Shown one piece after another: positions 1-9,530 of a stretch of DNA of 64,000 nucleotides. Where the stretch lies: the NCBI GenBank assembly GCA_963667035.1, contig OY762964.1:800001-864000 (forward strand). Reading direction: 5' to 3'. The position numbers were made by a program, and so were the translations under genes. This DNA is from Candidatus Cloacimonadales bacterium. GTDB lineage: Bacteria > Cloacimonadota > Cloacimonadia > Cloacimonadales > JAFGVF01. Position 1 is the stretch's first letter; the number at the start of each line of letters is the position of its first letter. The notes under the pieces were generated by a model. That model did not search any database. It was not told the DNA's origin and worked only from the letters and a program-made list of their open reading frames with translations.

Positions 1-330
1 GTGATAGTCAACAATTCTGTGTCTTCAGGGTTCTACGAGACTTCCTTGGGCTTTCTTTATTCTGATGAAGTACTTACTTTAAACTCACCAGAGAATCTTT
101 CAATTTTAATAAATGGGAATTCTCTGCAGCTAAGTTGGGACACTGTTGGTAATGCAGAGTATTACATTGTTTATGCCTCAGATACTCCAACGGGTGTTTA
201 TAACCAAATATCGGATTTCTCTGATGATTTTAATGCTATGAATGGCAGAGTGTATTGGGGTTCTGAAATTGAACTCAGAACGAAGTTCTTTAAGGTGACT
301 GCATTATCTGGACGACCTGCAAGGGAATAG
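1..330 (+). CDS. C-terminal part of a secreted protein ending in an FN3-like domain (probably starts upstream of window)
   Basis: SPENLSI..LQLSWDTV..YYIVYASDTP..KFFKVTA pattern, similar to the C-terminus of 5304..9530. Confidence 0.6.
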   Translation: MIVNNSVSSGFYETSLGFLYSDEVLTLNSPENLSILINGNSLQLSWDTVGNAEYYIVYASDTPTGVYNQISDFSDDFNAMNGRVYWGSEIELRTKFFKVTALSGRPARE

Positions 331-403
331 TCAATAAACATTGTTTAGCATCAAGATTTAATAAAATAGAAAACCTGATAAAACATAAAAGGAGAATTTT
401 GAT

Positions 404-892
404 ATGAAAAAGAATAGTAACTTTCTTATTGTTGTCTTATCAATATTGGCTGTTATTAGTGTGTTTATTGCTGTTTATTCTTTTCTGGCAGTTCTTGAAC
501 AAGTAACACTTATTGTCACTTCAATTATAACTGGTACATTCACAATTGCAGTTGCAATAATTAGATACGCTCTTGAAGTCGAAAGAAATGCTGAACTCAA
601 ACGCATTGAGCTAATGCAAGAAAATTATAAGAATATAATTTATTCATTAAAAGAGTACATTAGAAATAATGGTTCAGATAATGATGCACTAAAAACAGTA
701 TATCTTGAATCATGGATAGCTGGATCAGAAGATGTAGTGATAAAAATTAAATCATTCATGGATAAAAGGAGTAAGCAAAATTTGAAAAATGTATTGCTTC
801 AAATGAGAAAAGATGTTGGATTGCACGATGAGAAATTACTTGATGTTCCGATAAATGATTTCACTAAGACAGGTGGCTTAGAAGACGATTAA
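404..892 (+). CDS. hypothetical membrane protein (2 N-terminal TM helices)
   Basis: AAGGAG RBS; two hydrophobic segments then a charged domain. Confidence 0.7.
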   Translation: MKKNSNFLIVVLSILAVISVFIAVYSFLAVLEQVTLIVTSIITGTFTIAVAIIRYALEVERNAELKRIELMQENYKNIIYSLKEYIRNNGSDNDALKTVYLESWIAGSEDVVIKIKSFMDKRSKQNLKNVLLQMRKDVGLHDEKLLDVPINDFTKTGGLEDD

Positions 893-941
893 GAAAACAT
901 CATAAGCTATTAGCACATTATAGAAGATTGTTTAAATTGGA

Positions 942-1007
942 TTAGTTGGTTAGAACATCTGTCTGTCACGCAGAAGGTCGCGAGTTCGAGTCCCGTCACT
1001 CCCGCCA
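942..1007 (+). pseudogene. 5'-truncated/degenerate tRNA-Asp(GTC), possible att-site remnant
   Basis: D-loop TAGTTGGTTAGA, anticodon arm TCTGT-CTGTCAC-GCAGA, T-loop TTCGAGT, 3' CACTCCC-G-CCA; the required 5' acceptor strand GGGAGTG is absent and the T-stem has an A-C mismatch. Confidence 0.8.
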
Positions 1008-1014
1008 TTTAAAA

Positions 1015-1046
1015 AGTCTATTCACGAAAGTGGATAGGCTTTTTTT
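1015..1046 (+). terminator. rho-independent terminator after the tRNA remnant
   Basis: AGTCTATTCAC-GAAA-GTGGATAGGCT followed by a T run. Confidence 0.8.
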
Positions 1047-1184
1047 GTTGACAAATATTAACTAATATACATTAGTTTAAAAAATGAGTAAATACATCCT
1101 TGACAATTAATAGTTAAGAAATGATTTATTGCAGGTGAATAACAATATGATTTATATAAAATTATTTAGAAAAAATACAGTTTT

Positions 1185-1997
1185 ATGAAGCCATTTCTAA
1201 GATGGGCTGGTGGTAAGCAAAACTTGATCAAAGATTTGATTAAATTTTTGCCTCCAGAAGATAGAGTTAACAGGTATTTTGAACCATTTTTAGGTGCAGG
1301 TTCAATGTTTTTTGCAACTGATTATGAAAAGTGTTTTTTAAGTGATGTAAACAAGGATTTGATAAATTGTTACGAAGCAATAAAAAAAAATCCACGGTTA
1401 ATTGCTGCAAGTTTAGAAAGGCATAAAAAAAACTTTGAGGAAAATGATCAATACTACTACAAAGTAAGAGAAAAATTTAACAAGAATTTGGAAGAAGAAT
1501 CCTCGGTGCAAGCTGCCAGATTTATTTTTTTAATTCATTCTTCATTTAATGGTATATATAGAGTTAATTTGAAAGGAGAATATAATGTTCCGATTGGTAA
1601 GAGGAAACCATCTCTCCCCAAATTGAATGAATTAGAAGCAATAAGTTTAAAATTGAAAGGATGCTACCTCTCTAAAACATCCTACCATAAAATATTAACA
1701 AAAATACAAGAGGATGATTTCGTATATCTTGATCCTCCTTACCCACCAATTAATGAAACATCTTTTTTCCAGCATTATACAAAAGATAAGTTCTCGACTA
1801 AAGAGCAGGAAAAAGTAAGAAACTTTGCTAAGAGTTTAGTTAACAAAAAATGCTTTGTAATGATATCAAATGCAGATACCGAAATGATTAGGGATTTATA
1901 CCGAGGTTGGAATTTTGTTCAATTACAAACAACTAGGTATATTAGTTGTAAGTCAGAGAGATTTAAGGTGAACGAATTAATTATCACAAACTACTAA
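1185..1997 (+). CDS. Dam-like (D12 class) N6-adenine DNA methyltransferase
   Basis: PFLRWAGGK, YFEPFLGAGS (motif I), FNGIYRVN..G.YNVP, YLDPPY (motif IV). Confidence 0.92.
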   Translation: MKPFLRWAGGKQNLIKDLIKFLPPEDRVNRYFEPFLGAGSMFFATDYEKCFLSDVNKDLINCYEAIKKNPRLIAASLERHKKNFEENDQYYYKVREKFNKNLEEESSVQAARFIFLIHSSFNGIYRVNLKGEYNVPIGKRKPSLPKLNELEAISLKLKGCYLSKTSYHKILTKIQEDDFVYLDPPYPPINETSFFQHYTKDKFSTKEQEKVRNFAKSLVNKKCFVMISNADTEMIRDLYRGWNFVQLQTTRYISCKSERFKVNELIITNY

Positions 1998-2010
1998 CTT
2001 AGAGGGGAAA

Positions 2011-4368
2011 ATGAGTTTTTTACAACAATATCAAATCGATGAGTTAACAAGTAAAATTGTTAGTGACCATTCAAAATTGGGTAAATTGTTTAAAGCTAGA
2101 AATAGTGAGTTTCAGCGTTTAAGTATAGAACATTCATTAGTACAAAACTACATTGATTTAGGTTGGGAAATTGATGGTAAACCATTAAAAACAAAAACAA
2201 AGATAAAGAAACGCAAGGAACCTTTAAAACAATTTGTAGACGATGTATGGTGCCAATTCTATCGTCTAGGATATAGAATGCTAAATTTCGATGAGAACTT
2301 CCACTTACCATTTTCAAAGAAAGACCAAGATAAAAAGCAAATAGATATAGTAGCTATTAATGATGATTCCATAATATTAGTTGAATGTAAATCAAGTGAG
2401 CACCCTAAGAAAGCACCTTCATATAAAGATGAATTTGACTTGCTAAGCCTCAGATTAGATGGATTTAGAAAGGTCTTACGTCAAATGTATGGGAATAATA
2501 GGAGAGTTAAGTACATATTTGCTACAAGAAATCTTAGACTTAATCAAGAAAGTGTTGATCTAAAACGATTAGGAGGAACAAATTCATTTTACTACAATGA
2601 CAATACGTACAAGTATATTGAAAGTTTAATTCTAAAATACAAAAATGCGTCCTTATATCAATTCCTAGGATTGATTTTCAAAAATGAAGAAATAAACAAT
2701 CAAAAAATTGAGATCCCTGCTGTAAAAGGCAAAATGGGTACGTTAGATTACTATATGTTTTCTATCCAGCCTGCTTTACTGCTTAAAATGGGATTTGTTC
2801 TGCATAGAACTAAAGCAAACGAATCTGAGTTTCCAACCTACCAAAGATTATTAGTTCCCAACAGGTTAAAAGGAATAAGTAAGTTTATCGATAAAGGTGG
2901 TTTTTTCCCAAATTCAATAATAATTAACTTCAATTTGAAGAGTAATAAATTTGTATTCGAAACTAACACAAAAAAAGAAATTTGTAATTCTAGCTGTGGT
3001 ACTCTCAAACTTCCAAATTCTTATGGGATTGCATACATAATTGATGGTCAACATAGAGTTTATGGCTATGCTAATTCTGAGTTCTTACATACAAACACTG
3101 TTCCTGTAGTCGCATTCAATAACCTAGACACAATTACTCAGTTGAGTATCTTTATGGACATTAATCAGAATCAAAAAGCCGTTAGCCCAAGTTTAAGACT
3201 AGATCTTGAAGAAGATTTGTATTGGGACTCAGAAAGAATTGATTCAAGATTAAAAGCATTACGATCATCAATAGTTAAAGTTCTTGCTTATTCTTCTGCT
3301 AGTCCACTGAATAACTTGATATCAGTTGGTGAAGATAAAGCACTTCTTTCTTTTAAACCATTTTCTTCCGCCATAGCTAATTCGGAACTTCTTCCTAGCG
3401 CAAAAGGGAACACATATGTAGAAAGTTCTTTGCATGCATGCCTTTACGACATTAATAATCATAATTATAATGAGGCGATGAATAAGTCAAAAAAGGCAGT
3501 ATCAGATTTTATCATGCTTTGCTATGAATTTGTTGAACAAAGATACTCTAATGTCTTTTCTCGTGAAAAATACTTCATTAAATCCAACAGAGGTACCTTT
3601 GCTTTTATTTCACTTATTGGGTCATTAAACAAACATGAAACTTTTAAAGGAAACCTTGATATTAACTCTAAGGCAAAGGAAAGAGTTAAATGTATTGAAA
3701 AGTATTTAGTTGCACTATTAGATAAATTGAGTGACTTAACGTTTGAAAAATCAAATAAACTTTTATCAATGTTAGGCTCAACAGCGGACACAAAATGGTT
3801 AAGACATTTTCAATTAATTGTTAACGTAAACTTTCCAGATTACAATCCCCCAGAATTAATTGACTGGAAAGAACGACAAGATACAGAATTACAAGATAAA
3901 GGGAGAAAATTAGGAGTAGAAATTGAACGATATATGAAAAAAACCGTACTCAATAATCTGAAAATGCTTTTTAAAGAAGATTGGGAGTTAGAAATCAATA
4001 GCATTAAAAGAGAATGTATGAAACGTGCTGAAGAAGAGAAAGAACGAAACTACAAAGAGGGACTTCCTAAGAAAGAAATTGCATGGACAGAGATGTTTAA
4101 TATATTTGATTACAAAAAAATTATCGAAAAATATTTTGATAAGCTCCCTGAAGATCATCAGCAAGAGAGAGTTGATACCTTCAGAACCTTTAGTAGCTAC
4201 TTTTCAATCGATACAGGAGATGGTTTAGGTAGTAAAGCTAAAAGAATTAAATGGATATCCAGATTTAATTCATATAGAAATCTCTGGGCACATGAGGGAA
4301 CAAAAGAAAAAAGATTGAATAAAGAAGAAGTGTCATTTCTGGAAATGATCCATAAGACTATTCTATAA
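2011..4368 (+). CDS. DGQHR (DndB/ParB-like) protein with N-terminal PD-(D/E)XK nuclease-like motif and C-terminal HEPN-like motif
   Basis: QIDIVA...LVECK (D112,E125,K127); YQR..FPNSIIIN..IIDGQHR (D345)..FMDINQNQK; RNLWAH (R756, RxxxxH). Confidence 0.8.
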   Translation: MSFLQQYQIDELTSKIVSDHSKLGKLFKARNSEFQRLSIEHSLVQNYIDLGWEIDGKPLKTKTKIKKRKEPLKQFVDDVWCQFYRLGYRMLNFDENFHLPFSKKDQDKKQIDIVAINDDSIILVECKSSEHPKKAPSYKDEFDLLSLRLDGFRKVLRQMYGNNRRVKYIFATRNLRLNQESVDLKRLGGTNSFYYNDNTYKYIESLILKYKNASLYQFLGLIFKNEEINNQKIEIPAVKGKMGTLDYYMFSIQPALLLKMGFVLHRTKANESEFPTYQRLLVPNRLKGISKFIDKGGFFPNSIIINFNLKSNKFVFETNTKKEICNSSCGTLKLPNSYGIAYIIDGQHRVYGYANSEFLHTNTVPVVAFNNLDTITQLSIFMDINQNQKAVSPSLRLDLEEDLYWDSERIDSRLKALRSSIVKVLAYSSASPLNNLISVGEDKALLSFKPFSSAIANSELLPSAKGNTYVESSLHACLYDINNHNYNEAMNKSKKAVSDFIMLCYEFVEQRYSNVFSREKYFIKSNRGTFAFISLIGSLNKHETFKGNLDINSKAKERVKCIEKYLVALLDKLSDLTFEKSNKLLSMLGSTADTKWLRHFQLIVNVNFPDYNPPELIDWKERQDTELQDKGRKLGVEIERYMKKTVLNNLKMLFKEDWELEINSIKRECMKRAEEEKERNYKEGLPKKEIAWTEMFNIFDYKKIIEKYFDKLPEDHQQERVDTFRTFSSYFSIDTGDGLGSKAKRIKWISRFNSYRNLWAHEGTKEKRLNKEEVSFLEMIHKTIL

Positions 4369-4407
4369 TGGTTAACATATTTTTAACTAAATATTAACCA
4401 CTGATCG

Positions 4408-4620
4408 TTAATATATCTTGAAAGTGGACTCGATAAACTCATCAGAGTATTTATCGGGGAATACATTTAAGTATGTTATAGTGGAGTTAGCTCTCCCATG
4501 GTATAAATCATATGGTAGTCGATGTCTCATCAACATTTGATCCATCTTTAATTGCTCTGCCGAATACTTAGGCGAAAAACTCAGATGCTTTGTTGCTTCT
4601 TCAGCTGAAGGACTTATCAT
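4408..4620 (-). CDS. small hypothetical protein or gene remnant
   Basis: 70-aa ORF; its ATG overlaps the TGA of the upstream remnant (ATGA coupling). Confidence 0.35.
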   Translation of the reverse strand: MISPSAEEATKHLSFSPKYSAEQLKMDQMLMRHRLPYDLYHGRANSTITYLNVFPDKYSDEFIESTFKIY

Positions 4621-4739
4621 AAACTAGTTATCAGATTCCTCTTTATCTCAATAATTCTGCTTTCATTGATCTTAGCAATATCAGCAAAATCTTCCCACTT
4701 TAAAAATGTACTTATGACACTATCTATCATTTCATTGGT
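4617..4739 (-). pseudogene. possible C-terminal remnant of a HipA-like toxin gene
   Basis: Frame reads NEMIDSVISTFLKWEDFADIAKINESRIIEIKRNLITSL*, resembling HipA C-termini as recalled; no 5' part. Confidence 0.3.
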
Positions 4740-4859
4740 TTATACATAGGCATAATCGGCAAGATATTGCAGATTAAGAAGAGAAAAGGGGTATAAGAAG
4801 CAATATGTTGCAGAATATTTATACTGAGTACAGTATGTGAGGATGGTAAGGGGATGGGG

Positions 4860-5265
4860 AATCAAACCTGAGGGTTTGAAGACAAGCTGGAAGCATGTCT
4901 TACATTGAGAACGCAGGCATCTTGCCTGCATCTCTAGCTTTGTTGATCTCCAAAACCACTAGATTCATCTGGTGGCTCGAATCAGATAAAAATCTCCCAT
5001 TTCCCTCAGCATTTCAAAAGAAATGCTGAGGGAAATGGGAGGGTGGGGTTTCGCAGTATCCACCACTTGAAAGTGGTGGTTTTGGGAATAGCCCACTACG
5101 AGTTATCTAATCAATGTATTCAGAACCTACGCATGAAGCTTCCACCTACGTTGAAGCTCCGGTTGATAAAACGACTCACTAAATCGTCACGACGGACATA
5201 GCTTGTAGAGATTGCGGACAGGGATGTCCGCGGTCCCAGTCTCCATCACTTGAAAGTGGTGGTTA
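4860..5265. repeat. cluster of several unrelated REP-like palindromes
   Basis: GCAGGC-ATCTT-GCCTGC 4913-4929; perfect 22-bp IR 4994-5041; CCACCACTT-GA-AAGTGGTGG 5060-5079 and near-copy 5243-5262; GCGGACA-GGGA-TGTCCGC 5214-5231. Confidence 0.75.
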
Positions 5266-5303
5266 AGGGATATCGGCGATCCTAGTGAGAGCTTCAGGAT
5301 GTT

Positions 5304-8300
5304 TTACTCAAAATCACTCACAATAATCTTGAAGAACAGCTTTCCATATCCGGTAGTGTCGATATCAATGTTATTTTCATCAGTTATACCATAGATGGTA
5401 GTGTCACTGCATTCGAAGTTCGGTATATCTGCAGAGTAGATTCGGTACCAGATACCATTGAGCTCAGGATAAGAGTTTCCTTGGTATGTACCTTGAGTAA
5501 CTTCATCCCAGTTTAGAGTGATTGAGTTAGTTCTGGTAGTATTATTTACAACAATTTGAAGATTAGTAGCCTGATCGGGTGCGATATTATCTAATGAATA
5601 GCCTATTACCTCATTTGAACAGTAATAGACAGATGGGGTAGAGGTATGAGCTGAGACGAAGAAAGTAGATGGGTTATCCTCAGTTGCGGATGAATCCTGG
5701 TATGTAGTTGCAGTCATTGTATATTGTTCCCAACCCATAGCAGAGGTTGCTCCGACTGAAATCCAGAGGTCATTATCTCTACTCAGAAGGATTGTGTCAC
5801 TACTATTAAGCGAACTGATTGTATGCTGACTACTTCTTAAACCTGTATTCTGTGATACTCTGGCTTCCTCGATAGATGAAGTCACTCGGTGACCTCTTGA
5901 AGCGAAAGGATACTGAATCCAGAGATTATAACTCACAATTGAAGTAGAGGAGTCTTGTCCATCATAGCTACTTCTCTGCCAACAGACATTTAGATGTCTG
6001 CCTTGATCATTTGGTACATCATAGACAGAGGTGATTACCGGAGCTTGATTGTTGTACGCAAAAGCTGGATAGCTGTTTGCACTTATTGCCCAGATATTCT
6101 CCGTTCCATTTGCTGTTTCATTAATGAAATCCCATCCGGCATTTGTATATGTACTCATTGTCTGCATTTCAACGGTGCTATAGCCAATTCCGCCATCACT
6201 AGTGTTTTGCAGTGATGTTTGAATGTCCCAAAAACTGTTAGTAACAGAAGATGAGGACGATGTTAAACCAACCAAGCCACCAACATTACCGGATCCTTGA
6301 ACAGTTCCGGAAGAGTAGCAATTTGTAATTGTTGAATTGAGTGAATTCCTTCCTACTAATCCTCCCGTGTATGTGAAACCATTCACATTACATCTGCTAT
6401 AACAATTAGAGATAGAGGAGTTATCGAAGATTTCACCAACTAATCCTCCGCTGTTCCCACTGTTACTATTAACAATTCCATCAGTAGAACAGTTGCTTAT
6501 GATTGAGTCATGACTTCGTCCGGTTAATCCACCAACATAATTGGCACCGGTAATATTTGCATTTTTAATACTGAGATCTGCTATTGTAGCTGATTGAACT
6601 ATCCCAAACAAACCGATGTTATCAGCATTTCCACGGGAAATATAAAGGTTACTGATAGTCTTTTCATTTCCATCATATGCACCTGTAAAGTTGATTATAC
6701 TATTTCCGATTGGACTAAAATCTTGATTACTATTCCAGTTTTGGGTATCATCTGCATCTATGTCTGCCGTCTGAATAAAGCTAGCACTCCAATAGCTATC
6801 ATCTTCACAAACAATCAGTAAATCATCAAGGTTTGAAATCTGATATGGATCATTCGTAGTTCCTGAACCTAATAGGCTAGCAGTAACCGTAATATAACCA
6901 CTCTTAACTAAGGTATCTGTCCCTAGTGAGTTTGTGGCAGTTAGACTAACACTATATACGCCAGGTGCCGAATATATATGGGAGCAATCCTCTGTTGTAT
7001 AATCTACAGTTCCATCATTATCAATATCCCATTCCCAAGAACAATTTTCGCTACCGTCTAATGAAAGGTTTGTGAAGTTGATAGATTGGTTTGTAGTTAC
7101 ATTTTCTTCATCAGCAACAAAATCCACAATAGGAGGAGAGGCTTGCCATGCTAGAAGTGGATAGTTTCCCGGAATAAACTTCCAAACATCATCAGTTCCA
7201 TTTGCCTCTTCACCAATAAAGTCCCAACCTGCATTGATATAAGTACTCAATGTTTGCATCTCTGCAGTTGTTAGTTCTGTTGCGGGGCTATCGTCGTTAG
7301 TCCATGTTAAATCTCCATTCCAGAAGCAATTTGATATTAAGGTAGAGCTGGTATATTCAACAAAAGATGAGATATCACCATAACCTTCAACTGAACCGGC
7401 AGTGTAGCAATTTGTTATCGTAGAACCAGAAGTATTGCTAAGAGCGAAACCAGCAACATTTTCACCATTTGTTACCTTGGTATTGTAACAGTTATCAATG
7501 GAAGAGTTATTCTCATTTGTTACGACAAAGCCAGCCCCATCAGAGGGATAAATACCTGCACCGGATGTGTAACACGATGTTATAGATGAACCTGTACTAT
7601 TAACACCAACAAATCCAGCGTTAAGCCCGGAACTGATTGTTCCAAGAGTAGAATAACTGTATGAGATAGTGGAAGCATTATTGTTTTTCCCAACTAAACC
7701 TCCTGTTGTCCATCCACTTACACTCCCTGAATAGCAGTAACATTGAGTGATTGAAGAACTATTATTGCTATATCCAACTAACCCACCTGTATAATAATTA
7801 CCACTGATTTCTCCAGTGATATAGCAGTTGCTGATACTTGTATCGGAACAGTAACCTGCCAATCCTCCTGTGCGATCACTACCTGTTACATCAGCATTAG
7901 TTAATCCCAGGTTAGAGATCTCAGACCCACTGGCATATCCGAATAGCCCAATGTTATCGCTATTATCGTTATTAGATCTATAATCCATAAACAAGCCATC
8001 GATAATATATTCTTGCCCATCGTATGTCCCTGTAAAATTTATAGTTTCATTACCGATTGGTGATAAGCCGTGACCATTATTTAAAGATGAGGTAGATGAT
8101 GCATCAATATCTGCAGTTTGTATAAAGCACCTATCCCAAAAATTACTGTTTTCACTCAACCACATTAAATCTTCAAAGCATGATATTTGGTGAGGATCTT
8201 GTTGAGTACCATCTCCAATTGGAGCTGTAGAGAATGTCATCTCTTCTCCATAGGCAATCCCTATACTGTTTATTGCATAAGCTCTGTAATAATACTCAGT

Positions 8301-9530
8301 ACTAAACTCTAATCCATCAATTAGTGATGTATAACTACCGATGCCTGTACCATCATCTGTATAGTTATCATTCAATGTTGGATTGGGATTTGTACTCCAA
8401 CAAACACCTCGTTGGGATACAACTTCGTTGCTATAAGTGATGTTTCCACCTGAACTGGCAGAAGTGTTACTCATCAGTTCGGCTACTGTTGTTTCGACAA
8501 TAGGTGGTCCTGATGAAAGTGTCATGAAGGTGTATTCTTCACCATAACTTGTTACATCAGAGTTCGATGCATAAGCTCTGTAGTAGTATTCAGTATTAGG
8601 GATTAGACCCGTCATGTTTGATGTAAAGACCCCATAACCTGTCCCATCATCAGTATGAGAATCGGCAATAGTTGGGGTTGGGCTAGTACTCCAACAAACA
8701 CCTCTAGAAACACTAGCACTGCTATTTTCAACAATATCTCCACCGGATATCGCTGATGTTTGGTCAATAGAGGAAGCGACAGTGGTAGAGAGAACAGGTG
8801 CAAGTGGAACTGATGAACCAAACCAATCATCGTCATTCATATTATGAAGTGTGAGATTATTTGCTCCTAACGCATCAGAGGCTATAGCCCCTGTACTTTC
8901 ATTGAACTGATAATAGTTTGCTAAACCAAGCTCAGAGCCGTCCAATGTAAAGTACATGTTATCATTAAGTTCTGTTTCTGTGCGAATAGTATCCCAGAAT
9001 CTTAGCTCATCATATCGGCTATCTCCGGCATCATTACCTGAATTACCTCCTGCAAGATAGAATTCAGTACCGGGATCTACCCAGTTTCTATTCGTTTCAC
9101 TATCTCTTAGAATTCCATCAACATACAATGTATAGTCAACCAGAACAGTGTCGTGTTTTTCCCAAGTAACTGCAACATGATACCAATGATAAGTCCCATT
9201 TAAGTTGCTTAAGTCACAACTAACACTTCCATCATCAATGCGAAACCTCATTATCCCATTATCATATATCCACATTTCCCAATCATTTTCTTCAATGTTG
9301 TTGTCAAAAACAGAATTGAAGTTGTAGAAATGTCTTGGGTATAACCAAAATTCTATTGTGCCGGTATCAGGCAAAGTTTTTGTAATGGAAGCAAAGTCAT
9401 TATTCCCATCGAAGACAAGGCAGTTCCCTGCAAAATTGTCGGTTGCAGATAGTGATAAAATTGATATACTAAAAATTGAAAGCAATAAGATAAGCTTTAA
9501 CAAACTAAAATCCTGCATTGTTTTGAACAT
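5304..9530 (-). CDS. large secreted/surface protein: LamG-like, 2 FN3-like repeats, 2 GLUG-type beta-helix modules, PKD, FN3-like C-terminus
   Basis: Signal peptide; WYHVAVTW..LYVDG; repeated RGVCWST..TEYYYRAYA; G.GT..DP.QIS and GGLVG repeats; WEWD..HIYSAPGVYSVSLT. Confidence 0.85.
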   Translation of the reverse strand: MFKTMQDFSLLKLILLLSIFSISILSLSATDNFAGNCLVFDGNNDFASITKTLPDTGTIEFWLYPRHFYNFNSVFDNNIEENDWEMWIYDNGIMRFRIDDGSVSCDLSNLNGTYHWYHVAVTWEKHDTVLVDYTLYVDGILRDSETNRNWVDPGTEFYLAGGNSGNDAGDSRYDELRFWDTIRTETELNDNMYFTLDGSELGLANYYQFNESTGAIASDALGANNLTLHNMNDDDWFGSSVPLAPVLSTTVASSIDQTSAISGGDIVENSSASVSRGVCWSTSPTPTIADSHTDDGTGYGVFTSNMTGLIPNTEYYYRAYASNSDVTSYGEEYTFMTLSSGPPIVETTVAELMSNTSASSGGNITYSNEVVSQRGVCWSTNPNPTLNDNYTDDGTGIGSYTSLIDGLEFSTEYYYRAYAINSIGIAYGEEMTFSTAPIGDGTQQDPHQISCFEDLMWLSENSNFWDRCFIQTADIDASSTSSLNNGHGLSPIGNETINFTGTYDGQEYIIDGLFMDYRSNNDNSDNIGLFGYASGSEISNLGLTNADVTGSDRTGGLAGYCSDTSISNCYITGEISGNYYTGGLVGYSNNSSSITQCYCYSGSVSGWTTGGLVGKNNNASTISYSYSTLGTISSGLNAGFVGVNSTGSSITSCYTSGAGIYPSDGAGFVVTNENNSSIDNCYNTKVTNGENVAGFALSNTSGSTITNCYTAGSVEGYGDISSFVEYTSSTLISNCFWNGDLTWTNDDSPATELTTAEMQTLSTYINAGWDFIGEEANGTDDVWKFIPGNYPLLAWQASPPIVDFVADEENVTTNQSINFTNLSLDGSENCSWEWDIDNDGTVDYTTEDCSHIYSAPGVYSVSLTATNSLGTDTLVKSGYITVTASLLGSGTTNDPYQISNLDDLLIVCEDDSYWSASFIQTADIDADDTQNWNSNQDFSPIGNSIINFTGAYDGNEKTISNLYISRGNADNIGLFGIVQSATIADLSIKNANITGANYVGGLTGRSHDSIISNCSTDGIVNSNSGNSGGLVGEIFDNSSISNCYSRCNVNGFTYTGGLVGRNSLNSTITNCYSSGTVQGSGNVGGLVGLTSSSSSVTNSFWDIQTSLQNTSDGGIGYSTVEMQTMSTYTNAGWDFINETANGTENIWAISANSYPAFAYNNQAPVITSVYDVPNDQGRHLNVCWQRSSYDGQDSSTSIVSYNLWIQYPFASRGHRVTSSIEEARVSQNTGLRSSQHTISSLNSSDTILLSRDNDLWISVGATSAMGWEQYTMTATTYQDSSATEDNPSTFFVSAHTSTPSVYYCSNEVIGYSLDNIAPDQATNLQIVVNNTTRTNSITLNWDEVTQGTYQGNSYPELNGIWYRIYSADIPNFECSDTTIYGITDENNIDIDTTGYGKLFFKIIVSDFE

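Noticed and set aside
931..1007. Functional tRNA-Asp
   Set aside because: 5' acceptor strand cannot pair with CACTCCC
2011..4368. Phosphorothioation (dnd) cluster
   Set aside because: Only the DGQHR domain is present; no dndA/C/D/E in window
4740..4931. 63-aa ORF
   Set aside because: Starts inside a REP-like palindrome; no protein-like character
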